Source: Eledone cirrhosa
Lineage: Eukaryota
Length of the DNA stretch: 64,000 nucleotides
Assembly: GCA_964016885.1 (NCBI GenBank)
Contig: OZ024742.1
Coordinates: forward strand, 53,940,001-54,004,000
Reading direction: 5' to 3'
Made by a program: the position numbers and the translations under genes. The notes below the pieces were generated by a model. It was not told the origin of the DNA. It was given only the letters and a program-made list of their open reading frames with translations, and did no database searches. Below, piece after piece: positions 21,018-32,871 of the stretch (position 1 is its first letter; each line of letters opens with the position of its first letter).

Positions 21018-23644
21018 CAGTTGCATTTATCTTGCTTTATGTTCATACGAGTTATCACCAAGTCACAACCAGTGACCTCAAGAGACAACAAGGTCCGCCA
21101 TGTTCAAGAAAGAACATATATACACACACATGCATCTTTAGGTGTTTAGACTTGTGATGTACTTATATTGACAGAATCTTCCTTAGTATATGGGCAGTTC
21201 CTATTAGTACTATCTTTTGTATTTCTCCTATACGCGGGTTTCCTGGGATTTGCGATAAGTAATCATTAGACACCTTAGGTATAATTCCTAGAGCACCTAC
21301 AACCACTGGTATTGTTTTAGTTCTCAATTTCCACAATTTTTCAATTTCTATCTGAAGGTCCTTATACTTGCTCAATTTTTCAAATGTTTTTATAGATGCA
21401 TTCTTGTCTATTGGAACGGACATATCAATTAGCAGGCATACCCTCTTTTTAAAGTCCTTCAGTATTATATCAGGTCTATTTGCATCTATTTTTTGGTCTG
21501 TTTGGATGCTAAAGTTCCACAAGATTGAGATGTGATGTTTTTCAAGTATGGGAGGTGGTTGATGCTCCCACCAATTCTTTTGATGGGGCAGGTCAAAATA
21601 CTTACACATTATCCAATGTATGTATTGTGCAGCTCTGTCATGCTTGTTTAGGTAATCGGTTGGAGCTATAGGACTGCACATTGAAATTATATGATCAATG
21701 GTCTCTGGTTGTTTTTTTACATACACGGCATAAAGGGTTGCATCCATTTTTTATTATGTTGGCTTGGTAATTTTTTGTTGGCAGACACTGATCTAATCAG
21801 TCCTTCAGTCTCCGATTTCAGTCCAGAGGATGCCAACCACTGATGGGTTAAAGTTTTGTCAACATCAGGATTGTTAGCTCTTTCTGGGTATTTTCCATAC
21901 AGAGGCTTTTCTTGCCATTTCTTAGGCAGTTTCTGTAACAGTTCTTATTTTGCAGTTACTTTTACCTGCTTTTCTTTTTCTGTGTTTTTCATTTCAGCAG
22001 TAAATGGAACTTCTGAAATTTGTAGTACATTACTGTATCTTTGTGCATCTTTTGTAATGGAGTATGATCTTTTGATGCTTTCGTGTTTCAAAACGAGTTT
22101 GATCATCCAATCATGTGATTCCCTTATATATGTAGATAATCCAATTGTTGCAGTTTTCAACGCAATATCTAACTGGATTAACCTACGTCCTCCTTCTTTC
22201 CTAGGGAGATACATTCTATCTGTATCTGCCTTAGGGTGATGCATTCTGTGCATGTTTAAGAATTTTCTAATTTTTGTATCGAGCCTACGGATCTCTGTGC
22301 TTGACCAGTTGATGACATTGTAACTGTAGGTTACTACTGGTATGGCAAGCGTGTTTATGGCATCGATTCTCTTCCTTGCATTCAATTCCGTTCTTAAGAT
22401 TGCTCTTACTCTGCGGTAACATTCCTTCCTTATCCTTTCCCTCATTGTCGAGTGCTTGATTCCGTCTCCTTCACAAACACCTAGATATTTTTAAGTTTCC
22501 TCTCGATCAAGTTCTCTTATCACATTCCCCCGTTCAAGATTAATCTTTGAACTTTTCAGCAGCTTTCCTCTGGTGAACGTTGCTTTAGCGCATTTATCTA
22601 GTCCAAACTCCATTTTAATGTCATCACTGAACAGCTTCACAGTGAATAATAGCCCTTGCAATTGTTCATAATTTTTTGCAAATAGTTTCAGGTCATCCAT
22701 GTAGAACAAGTGATTAATGGTTTTGTCATAGAATTTATATCCATGTTTTGTTTCATTGAGCATTTTACTTAATGGTATAAGTGCGATGCAGAATAAAAGC
22801 GGTAATAAAGAGTCACCCTGAAAAATTCCAAAATTAATATTAACTTCTCCAGCTTCCAGTGATATTTTTTCTCTATTCAAAGGGAGTGTCATTTTCCATG
22901 TCTTCATGCTGAATGACAGGAACCTCCTGACAACGGGAGATATTTTGAAGATCTCTAAACATTTTTCAATCCAACTGTGTGGCAAACTATCAAATGCTTT
23001 TTTATAATCTATCCAAGCAATTGATAGGTTTTTGTGTCGATTATGACAATCTTCCAGTATCATTTTGTTAACCAAAAGCTGATCTTTACAGCCATATGAG
23101 CCTCGTATACACCCTTTCTGCTCATTGGGAAATAGATTATTTGTTATCAGGGGATCATATGTATATTCAGTTAGGACTGATGTTAAAATGTTATACATTG
23201 TGGTCAAGCAAGTTATCGGTCTGTAATTTTTGGGATTGTTTGTCTCATCATTCTTCGGAAGTAGGAATGAAATACCGTTAACTATCCATAATGGTATCTT
23301 TTCTGGCTCCTTATTTTATTGTAAAGTTGGGCTAACAGCTTATGAGACTCTGTGAAGGCATTTATCCAAACATTTGGTAATTTGTCTTTTCCTGGGGATT
23401 TCCATTTGCTGTTTTTTCTAAGAGGCAAACGCAATTGTTCAACTGTTATATTTTCCCATGTTTGTTCCTCAAGGTGAGCTGCATCTTTCATTTGTCTATC
23501 TATCCATGGGGCATGTATATTATGAACTTTTTCTTCGGCCTAGATCTTTTCCCATAATTCTTGCACTTCCTCCTTGGGTGGTATTGATTTAGCAGTTATT
23601 GTTGACTTACCAATTTTTCTGTAGAAGTTTCTTTGGTTGTTAGA
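21018..23644 (-). mobile_element. R4/Dong-like family B, 5'-truncated, decayed
   Basis: [63 protein letters not shown]. Tail is (TTA)n on the plus strand at 21002-21017. Confidence 0.9.
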
Positions 23645-26600
23645 GTTAGTGGGCGACTGGAACGGATCTTAGATGCACGCTGGGACTGTGTGGGATCAGA
23701 GGATAGTGGAGGAGGGTGCTAGAGCCTCACCAGCCTGCGCAGGTGTTTTGAACTGTCTGACAGGTACCGATTGGATTTCCCGAATGTGTCAATGTGGACT
23801 TGGACAAATCGCATAGGGTCATCCAGATCATATCTAGATAGAGTATTTTGTAGGGAAATAGATAGGTCTAGCATAGGCTGTCCACAATTCAAGATAGTCA
23901 GCTACACGGACCACAAATTCGTGATCTGTGTGCTTGACTTAGATAGGCTTCATAGACGAGGACCCGGCTACTGGAAGCTAAACGCGTCCTTACCAGCGTG
24001 CAAGGCCTACAGAGACCGGATTAGCGAACTAGTTAAGCGGGCGTGACGGGGGCCATCGTTAACAACAAATGGTGGTTTGCTCTGAAAAGAGCAATTAGAA
24101 TAGAGTCCATTAGGTTTAGTAAGGCTTTAGCAATAGAGAAAAATAGAGCAGAGGGAGAATTAGTTAGAAAATTAGACGAGGCGCTTAGCAAAGGCATCGC
24201 GACCGACGTACATGCGGCGAAATTGGCCCTTGACCAATTCTTCAATGCAAAGCACGAATGTTGCGTTGTCAGAGCTAGGGTGTGTGCTCTAAGACACGAG
24301 GGGACGAATCCGTTCAATGGGCCCGAGTGGCGGAGGCGCGTCGTGGCAACAAAGCCACGATCCGGTCTTTGGTGGACTACGACGGGCGCATGCTACTCGA
24401 TCCCGGGAAAATGTGTGAAGCTTTTCAGCGACACTTCGCACAGCTGTTCGTAGGCAGCGGCGGGCCAAATCGAGGGATGGACTTTAGTGTTTACCTCTTC
24501 GGACTGCCGCGGCTCTCGACCACTGAGGCGGAGTGTTGCGAAAAGCCGATAACAGCCGCTGAAGTACGGGAGGCAATGACTGGCTGCACAAGGGGTAAAT
24601 CGCCTGGTTTGGATGGTCTGCCCTATGAACTTTACGTACAAATGCCAGAATTGTTCGGAGGCTTCTTGGCGGACGTCTACTACAACTGGCAACAGAACGG
24701 GAGAATTCCCAGCTCTGTGAGCCGAGGAGCTGTGGCGCTGCTGAGAAAGGATCCGAACAAGGGGGATAACATAGATAATTTTAGGCCCATAACTCTGCTA
24801 AACACAGAGTTCAAGATTTTGGCCAAGGTGCTAGCAAAGAGGTTGGCGCTTGTCGTTGGTGGTCTGGTGGGAGAGGCACAGACGACGCCATTCCCCCCAG
24901 ATCCATCCACGACAACCGCCACCTCATGCGATACATCGTAGAGAGGGTAGCTAGGGAACCTGGCACGGGTGGGTCCTTGATCAATTTAGATCAGTCGAAA
25001 GCTTTCGATAGGGTCGACCATCGTTACCTAGCGGCAGTCCTGAGGGCCGCTGGCTTTGGGCCCGTCTTTAGAGGCTCGATCGCTGCCATGCACAGCGACA
25101 TCTGCTCTGTGGTGAGAGTGAACGGTCACCTTTCGGAACCGTTCAACATCATGCGCTCGGTCCGCCAAGGATGTCCCCTCTCGTCCCTCTTGTACGTATT
25201 GACTCTCGAGCCATTAGTGCACAAACTGGGCACGTTGAGTGTGGTCCCGCGCGAACTAGGATGCGGAAGATCCGTGTCAGCATATGCAGACAATGTCATC
25301 GTAGTGGTGTCGAACGCCAAACACATCGAGGCGATCGGCACTACACTAAGAGAATACGAAGCGGTAACAGGAACAATGATCAACCAGGAAAAGTCAGTGG
25401 GCCTGCAGCTCGGCACCTGGAGAGGCAGGTCCATGCCGTCCAACAGCGCCGTCGGGCGCTGGACGGACGGACCGGTTAAATTGCTCGGGGTCTGGTTCGG
25501 TCCGGACCTCCAGACGGACAAAAACTGGATGAGGTGACGAGGAGGGTGGCTTCTCTCACCCAGAAATGGGCGGAGAGGAAGCTATCCCTGAAAGGTCTAG
25601 AGGAAGCGGCTAACGTGTATATCGCGTCCGTCATCTACTACCGCCTGACCGTCGTACCTTATCCTAAGCCCCGCCTGAGTGCGCTGGAGCGTTTGCTCTT
25701 TCGCTTTTTGTGGAAGGGACGCGCTCCGATGGTCAGGCGGTCCATCTGCTGTCAACACCCGTTACGTGGAGGGCTGGGAATGCCGTGGCTGATGATGCGC
25801 AGACACGCGATCAGGCTACGACATCTCCACCTCTTCCTCGACGGTGATCAGGTGTGGTCGCCGTTTGCTTAACGCGTCTTTCCACAGCTCGTCTCCTTGT
25901 CGGAGCTGCAGTCCTGGGTCAAACGAAGACCGATAGGGAGCGCTTGGAGACAAGAATGTCTTCAGGCGCTCACAGCCCGCGACCAATCGGGAAATGTGAT
26001 CGGTGAAAACTCCACCTTGGCGTTCTATAGAGGATTAGTGGAGGGGAAGAGCGACGACGTACTTGGAGAAACTCCAAGCGTCGATGAAAATCAATTAGCC
26101 AATCTCTTCGGAAGGACTTTCGGGCCAGGGCCTATGGACAACTTCCAGAAATCCCTGGCCTGGCAGTGCTACCGAGGAGCTTTGCCAGTTCGGGATAAAC
26201 TCTACAGGCATGGAGGTGCCGTCAGCCGGGCATGTCCGAGATGCGCGCAGAGTGACGAAACCGTCCTGCACGCACTCGTCCAGTGTCCGAGCATTGCTGA
26301 CTTGTGGGTTTATGTCGAACACCTGCTGTCACGTGTAGGACGGATCCAGCTATCAGCTGAGTCCATCGTGAGGATTGCCCCGCCCCCTTCCTTTAGTCGG
26401 GAAGGGCAGGCAGTTTTTATCTGTCTGGTGGCCATGGCGAAAGAGATAGTATGGTGGACACGTTTGAAAGGGCTGAAGACGAGAACTTACCTCTTCGGTG
26501 ATGCCCTGATTAACTTTTTCAAATTTCATTTGAAAAGGAAAATCAGGGTAGAGAGGGAAGTGCTCTCTTCCCAGCATTTTGTTGAAAGATGGGTGAGAGA

Positions 26601-26892
26601 AGCAAGTATGGCCCGAATGAATGGGCCTTCTCTGAGTATGTGTCTGTAAATTAAAGGTGGAAAACTGGGAGAGGGCACTTGCCCTGGTGGTCAGGGCTAC
26701 TGTGGTCTTTTAATGGGCTTTCTCCACAAATGTCCCTCGGAAGTCTCCCCCCTATTGGGGAATTTTTCTTTGTTATTTTATTTCAACTTCTGTTTATTTT
26801 ACACGCAGAAATGCCCTTTTGTACCGTCCTGTATTGTCCTGTACTGTCTTTAATGTCTACTTTATGTAAACCCTTGTGGTTAATAAAGAAAA

Positions 26893-26893
<1 letters not shown>
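23645..26893 (+). mobile_element. Tx1-clade copy 2, 5'-truncated within APE
   Basis: Begins at LVGDWN codons. RT and Zn-finger fragments. 3' UTR ends AATAAAGAAAAC followed by (ATT)n at 26894-26938. Confidence 0.93.
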
Positions 26894-26938
<45 letters not shown>

Positions 26939-27145
26939 GGCGACCTACGTAGTAAATCGTATCATCGTGAGCTCCGCAAAGGTTTGTTATTTCCGTTTGT
27001 TAAAAATTGCCATTTATGGAAAATTTTATTGTTAACTGTTTATAAGCACACATACATTGTTTTCCGAAAAGGACACCCAAAAAGATTGGGGCCTTGTGCC
27101 CAAAATTTTAACTTTTATTATTATCCAAAAATTCCTTTGAAAAAA

Positions 27146-29107
27146 ATGGCTAATTCCCCTCTGCACGAAGCAGCTGAAAGCCTTCCTCACAAAATAACAC
27201 CTCACACCGACACCACCATTGTAAATGTTACTACGTTTGCCAACCCCCCCAAAAAATATAAGCAGTAGCAATATTTTAAATTTGTCTCAGGCAGACATTC
27301 ATTTCCCGCCATTACCAATGACTGCAGGTGTTAAAGCCTCCACCACCACCACCACCGCGACAACCACCACCCCCACCACCACCGCGACAACAGAAACAAA
27401 AGAAGAAAAAAATAAATTAACTCGTGATGTCGAAATGAAATCAAGCAAAATGGACTCTTCCGCACCAAAGACGACTGACGTCACCACCACCACAACTGAA
27501 ACTAAAATTAATATTAACACAAATAACGATAGCAACAACAACAACAATGACATTATAAAACCGACCCTCAGTTTCGCCATAGTAGCAAAACAATTTGAAG
27601 CATTCACGGTAACTGAAGACGATTTAGAAAATGCCAAACAAATGATGAAGAAAAATGGGTACAGGGTCAGCCTCCCCCCCCACCTAATAAAATGGAGCAT
27701 CGGCGCCTATGCACCGTGTCGTATAGAACAATATATGTAAAATCGCGCCGAGTGGAACGGGCATCCGAGTCCCAAATCCCAAAAGCTTTGGGACATGTGT
27801 GGGCAAGAAAAACCCACATCAGACGTGGGCAAAAGTATGGAACCGTGGATGTGTTCTTTGAAACACCAGAGGAGGCTAGAGAACACTCCATGGCCCCATT
27901 AAAAAGTGACGACTTCACACTCGTCCCAAGCTATTGTGGCCAGAGACTCGTAAAGATCAGGGTGACCCAGGTTCCACCGGCCATCGAAATTCCCTGGCTA
28001 ATAGCGGCTGTCCTCGCCGGCATCGAAGCCAACACGAAAATAATAGCAATAGCAAAAGAAAAGCAGGAAAACTGGTCCGGATCTGGGATGGAGCTTCTAA
28101 TCCAAGCGGACCAAACAAGCATTGAGGAGATCCCAGAGGTAATAGACCTCACTGACGACAGCCATCTCACGGTAATTGTCGAGGGCAGAAGACCTAGGTG
28201 TGTCGTTTGTGGTGAAGGAACCCACCTAAGGGCTTTCTGCCCTCAGGCTAAAAGGTTGAGGCCACCTCTCCTACCCACCCCAGTGACACAACGATCAACA
28301 CCACCAGTAGCAGAGATGGCAGCAACAACTGTAGCAGCAACAACAGAAGCAACTATAACAGCAACAACCCCAGCAACAGTAGCAGAACCAACACCACCAC
28401 CACCCAACGCTTCAGAACTAGCACCAGCGCCTACACCATCCACCACACCACAACCAAAACTAACGGCTGTGGAGGATTTTCCACTCCCCGGCCTATCACA
28501 ACTGGAGACAGATTGTGACGACGAGGAGTGGGAAACGATATCCGGAAAAAAAAAGAAACCAAAAAAGAAAAAATTCTCTTCCTTCCCCCTCCAAAAACAA
28601 AATACAGAGGGAAACAAATAAATTAAGAAACAAAAAAGTTAGGACAGATATGCCACCATCCACACCAGCATCACCAACCCCATCAACCCAAACACCAACA
28701 CCATCACCATCATTAACTCCAACACCACCATCACCTACACCACAAAAGTCACCAAAATGCGAAACAGAAACAAACCCACAACAAACGCAAACAAAACAAA
28801 ACAACCAAAACGATACACACTACACAGCATTAAATTTGAACAAGCAATTATTACACTACATCCAACACAACACCAGCATCACAGAAAAAGACTACACAAC
28901 ACCCCAAAATTCACACCACCTCCACACATACAAATCACTCGCATCACACAGAAAACGTACATGACACTAAAACAAAAATTCCCCAAAGACATCGGAGACT
29001 TCCGACAAGCACTCTCCAGGAGGATTTATAAGGACATCCTTCCTGAGGAGGCCACAAGCAGTGAAAAGGATGGAAAAACCGTCCTTCCCCTACGAGAAGT
29101 AAGGTAA
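27146..29107 (+). pseudogene. Tx1 ORF1 (gag-like, CCHC zinc knuckle, Thr/Pro-rich), frameshifted
   Basis: Starts MANSPLH. Contains RPRCVVCGEGTHLRAFCP (CX2CX4HX4C). Ends LREVR*. Confidence 0.82.
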
Positions 29108-29141
29108 GTGGTCTTTCCCATCTTTTCCACTCCTTTTCAAC

Positions 29142-32100
29142 ATGACCTCACTCAGAATAGGCAGCATAAATGCGCGTGGCTTGGGGTCGTCATGGAAGCA
29201 GGGCCACCTGCTCAACAACCTCAGGTCACTAAACATAGATGTAGTGGCCATCAGCGAGACCAGAATCTCCGAAGCACAGGCTTTCGCACCGATCTTTGGC
29301 GGCTACGATGTGTACGCATCTCCCAGCCGTCCGGGATCGGGGGGAGGAGATGCTGTGCTTTTTCGGAGAGGTTTGGATCTTGCCATACGGGCCATCTCCT
29401 GGACCCAGAAGGTAAGTTGGTGGTGCTGGATGTGACCAGCGGAGACGGGCAAGCTTTCAGGTTAGTGGCCGTCTATGCCCCGACAGGAGCAGGGCGGCCT
29501 GATTTCTTCCGGCGTCTGGAGACCTTTCTTGGAACGTCCCGCTCTTTAGTGTTAGTGGGCGACTGGAACGGGATCTTAGATGCACGCTGGGATTGTGTGG
29601 GATTAGTGGATAGGGAAGGAGGGTGCAAGAGTCTCACCAACCTGCTCAGACGTTTTGAACTGTCTGACAGGTACCGAATGGATTTCCTGAATGTACGAAT
29701 GTGGACTTGAACAAATCGCATAGGGTCATCCAGATCATATCTAGATAGAGTATTTTGTAGGGAAATAGATAAGTCTAGCATAGGCTGTCCACAATTCAAG
29801 ATAGTCAGCTACACGGACCACAAATTCGTGATCTGTGTGCTTGACTTAGATAGGCTTCATAGGCGAGGACCCGGCTACTGGAAGCTAAACGCGTCCTTAC
29901 CAGCGCGCAAGGCCTACAGAGACCGGATTAGCGAACTAGTTAAGCGGGCGCTGACGGGGGCCATCGTCAACAACAAGTGGTGGTTTGCTCTGAAAAGAGC
30001 AATTAGAATAGAGTCCATTAGGTTTAGTAAGACTTTAGCAATAGAGAAAAATAGAGCAGAGGGAGAACTAGTTAGAAAATTAGATGAGGCGCTTAGCAAA
30101 GGCATCGCGACCGACGTGCTTGCGGCGAAATTGGCCCTTGACCAATTCTTCAATGCAAAGCACGAATGTTGCGTTGTCAGAGCTAGGGTGCGTGCTCTCA
30201 GACACGAGGGGACGAAAGCCGTTCAATGGGCCCGAGTGGCAGAGGCGCGTCGTGGCAACAAAGCCACGATCCGGTCTTTGGTGGACCACGACGGGCGCAT
30301 GCTACTCTATCCCGGGCAAATGTGTGAAGCTTTTCAGCGACACTTCGCTCAACTGTTCGGGGGCAGTGGCGGGCCGGATCGAGGGATGGACTTTAGTGTC
30401 TACCTCGACGGACTGCCGCGGCTTTCGGCCACTGAGGCGAAGTGTTGCGAAAAGCCGATAACAACCGCTGAAGTACGGGATGCAATGACTAGTTGCACAA
30501 GGGGTAAATCGCCTGGTTTGGATGGTCTGTCCTATGAACTTTACGTACAAATGCCAAACTTGTTCGGAGGCCTCTTGGCGGACGTCTACTGCAACTGGCA
30601 ACAGAACGGGAGAATTCCCAGCTTTGTGATCCGAGGAGCGGTGGCGCTGCTGAGAAAGGATCCGAACAAGGGGGATAACATAGATAATTTTAGGCCCATA
30701 ACTCTGCTAAACACAGAGTTCAAGATTTTGGCCAAGGTGCTAGCAAAGAGGTTGGCGCTTGTCGTTGGTGGTCTGGGGGGAGAGGCACAGACATGCGCCA
30801 TTCCCGACAGATCCATCCTCGACAACCCCCACCTCATGCGATACATCGTAGAGAGGGTAGCTAGGGAACCTGGCAAGGGTGGGTCTTTGATCAATTTAGA
30901 TCAATCGAAAGCCTTCGATAGGGTCGACCATCGTTACCTAGCGGCAGTCCTGAGGGCGGCTGGATTTGGGCCCGTCTTCAGAGGCTGGATCGGTGCCATG
31001 CACAGCGACATCTGCTCTGTAGTGAGAGTGAACGGTCACCTTTCGGAACCGTTCAACATCATGCGCTCGGTCCGCCAAGGATGTCCCCTCTCGTCCCTAT
31101 TGTACGTATTGACTCTCGAGCCATTACTGCACAAACTGGAGACGTTGACGGGGTCCCGCCCGAACTAGGATGCGGAAGATCCGTGTCAGCATATGCCGAC
31201 GATGTCACCGTAGTGGTGTCGAACGCCAAACACATCGAGGCGATCGGCACTACACTAAGAGAATACGAAGCGGTGACAGGAGCAATGATCAACCAGGAAA
31301 AGTCAGTGGGCCTGCAGCTCGGCACCTGGAGAGGCAGGTGCATGCCGTCCAACAGCGTCGTCGGGCGCTGGACGGACGGACCGGTTAAATTGCTAGGGGT
31401 CTGGTTCGGTCCAGACCTCCAGACGGACAAAAACTGGGACGAGGTGACGAGCAGGGTGGCTTCTCTCACCCAGAAATGGGCCGAGAGGAAGCTATCCCTG
31501 AAAGGTCGAGCGGAGGTGGCTAACGCGTACATCGCGTCCGTCATCTACTACCGCCTGACCGTCGTACCTTGTCCTAAGCCCCGCCTGACTGCGCTGGAGC
31601 GTTTGCTCTTTCGCTTCTTGTGGAAGGGACGCGCTCCGATGGTCAGGCGGTCCATCTGCTGTCAACACCCGCTACGTGGAGGGCTGGGCATGCCGTGGCT
31701 GATGATGCGCAGACACGCGCTCAGGCTACGACATCTCCACCTCTTCCTCAACGGTGATCAGGTGTGGTCGCCGTTTGCTAGAATTTTTTTTCCCCAGCTC
31801 GTCTCCTTGACGGAGCTGCAGTCCTGGGTCAAGCGAAGACCGAGAGGGAGCGCTTGGAGACTGGAATGTCTTCAGGCGCTCACAGCCCTCGACCAATCGG
31901 GCAATGTGATCGGTGGAAACTCCACCTTGGCGTTCTATAGGGGATTAGTGGAGGGGAAGAGCGACGACGTACTTGGAGAAACTCTCGGCGTCGACGAAAA
32001 TCAACTAGCCAATCTCTTCGGAAGGACTTTCGGGCCGGGGCCTATGGACAACTTCCAGAAATCCCTGGCCTGGCAGTGCTACCGAGGAGCTTTGCCAGTT

Positions 32101-32559
32101 CGGGATAAACTCTACAGGCATGGAGGTGCCGTCAGCCGGGCATGTCCGAGATGCGCGCAGGGCGACGAAACCGTCCTGCACGCACTCGTCCAGTGTCCGA
32201 GCATTGCTGACTTGTGGGTTTATGTCGAACACCTGCTGTCACGTGTAGGACGGATCCAGCTATCAGCTGAGTCCATCGTGAGGATTGCCCCGCCCCCTTC
32301 CTTTAGCCGGGAAGGGCAGGTAGTTTTTATCTGTCTGGTGGCCATGGCGAAAGAGATAGTATGGTGGACACGTTTGAAAGGGCTGAAGACGAGCACTTAC
32401 CTCTTCGGTGATGCCCTGATTAACTTTTTCAAATTTCATTTGAAAAGGAAAATCAGGGTAGAGAGGGAAGTGCTCTCTTCCCAGCATTTTGTTGAAAGAT
32501 GGGTGAGAGAGGCAAGTATGGCCCGAATGAATGGGCCTTCTCTGAGTATGTGTCTGTAA
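29142..32559 (+). pseudogene. Tx1 ORF2 (APE endonuclease, RT, zinc finger) with few lesions
   Basis: MTSLRIGSINARGL, SETR, VYAP, GDWN, TDH, KSPGLDGL, NFRPITLLN, LDQSKAFDRVDH, RQGCPLS, AYADD, CPRC....ETVLHALVQC. Confidence 0.93.
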
Positions 32560-32802
32560 ATTAAAGGTGGAAAACTGGGAGAGGGCACTTGCCCTGGTGG
32601 TCAGGGCCACTGTGGTCTTTTAATGGGCTTTCTCCACAAATGTCCCTCGGAAGTCTCCCCCCTATTGGGGAATTTTTCTTTGTTATTTTATTTCAACCTC
32701 CGTTTTTTTTACACGCAGAAATGCCCATTTGTACCGTCCTGTATTGTTCTGTACTGTCCTTAATGTCTACTTTATGTAAACCCTTGTGGTTAATAAAGAA
32801 AA

Positions 32803-32869
<67 letters not shown>

Positions 32870-32871
<2 letters not shown>

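Larger units (their letters stand above)
26939..32803 (+). mobile_element. Tx1-clade copy 3, apparently full length, between (TTA)n tracts
   Basis: 5' UTR, ORF1, ORF2 and 3' UTR all present. (ATT)n at 26894-26938 and 32804-32869. Confidence 0.94.
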
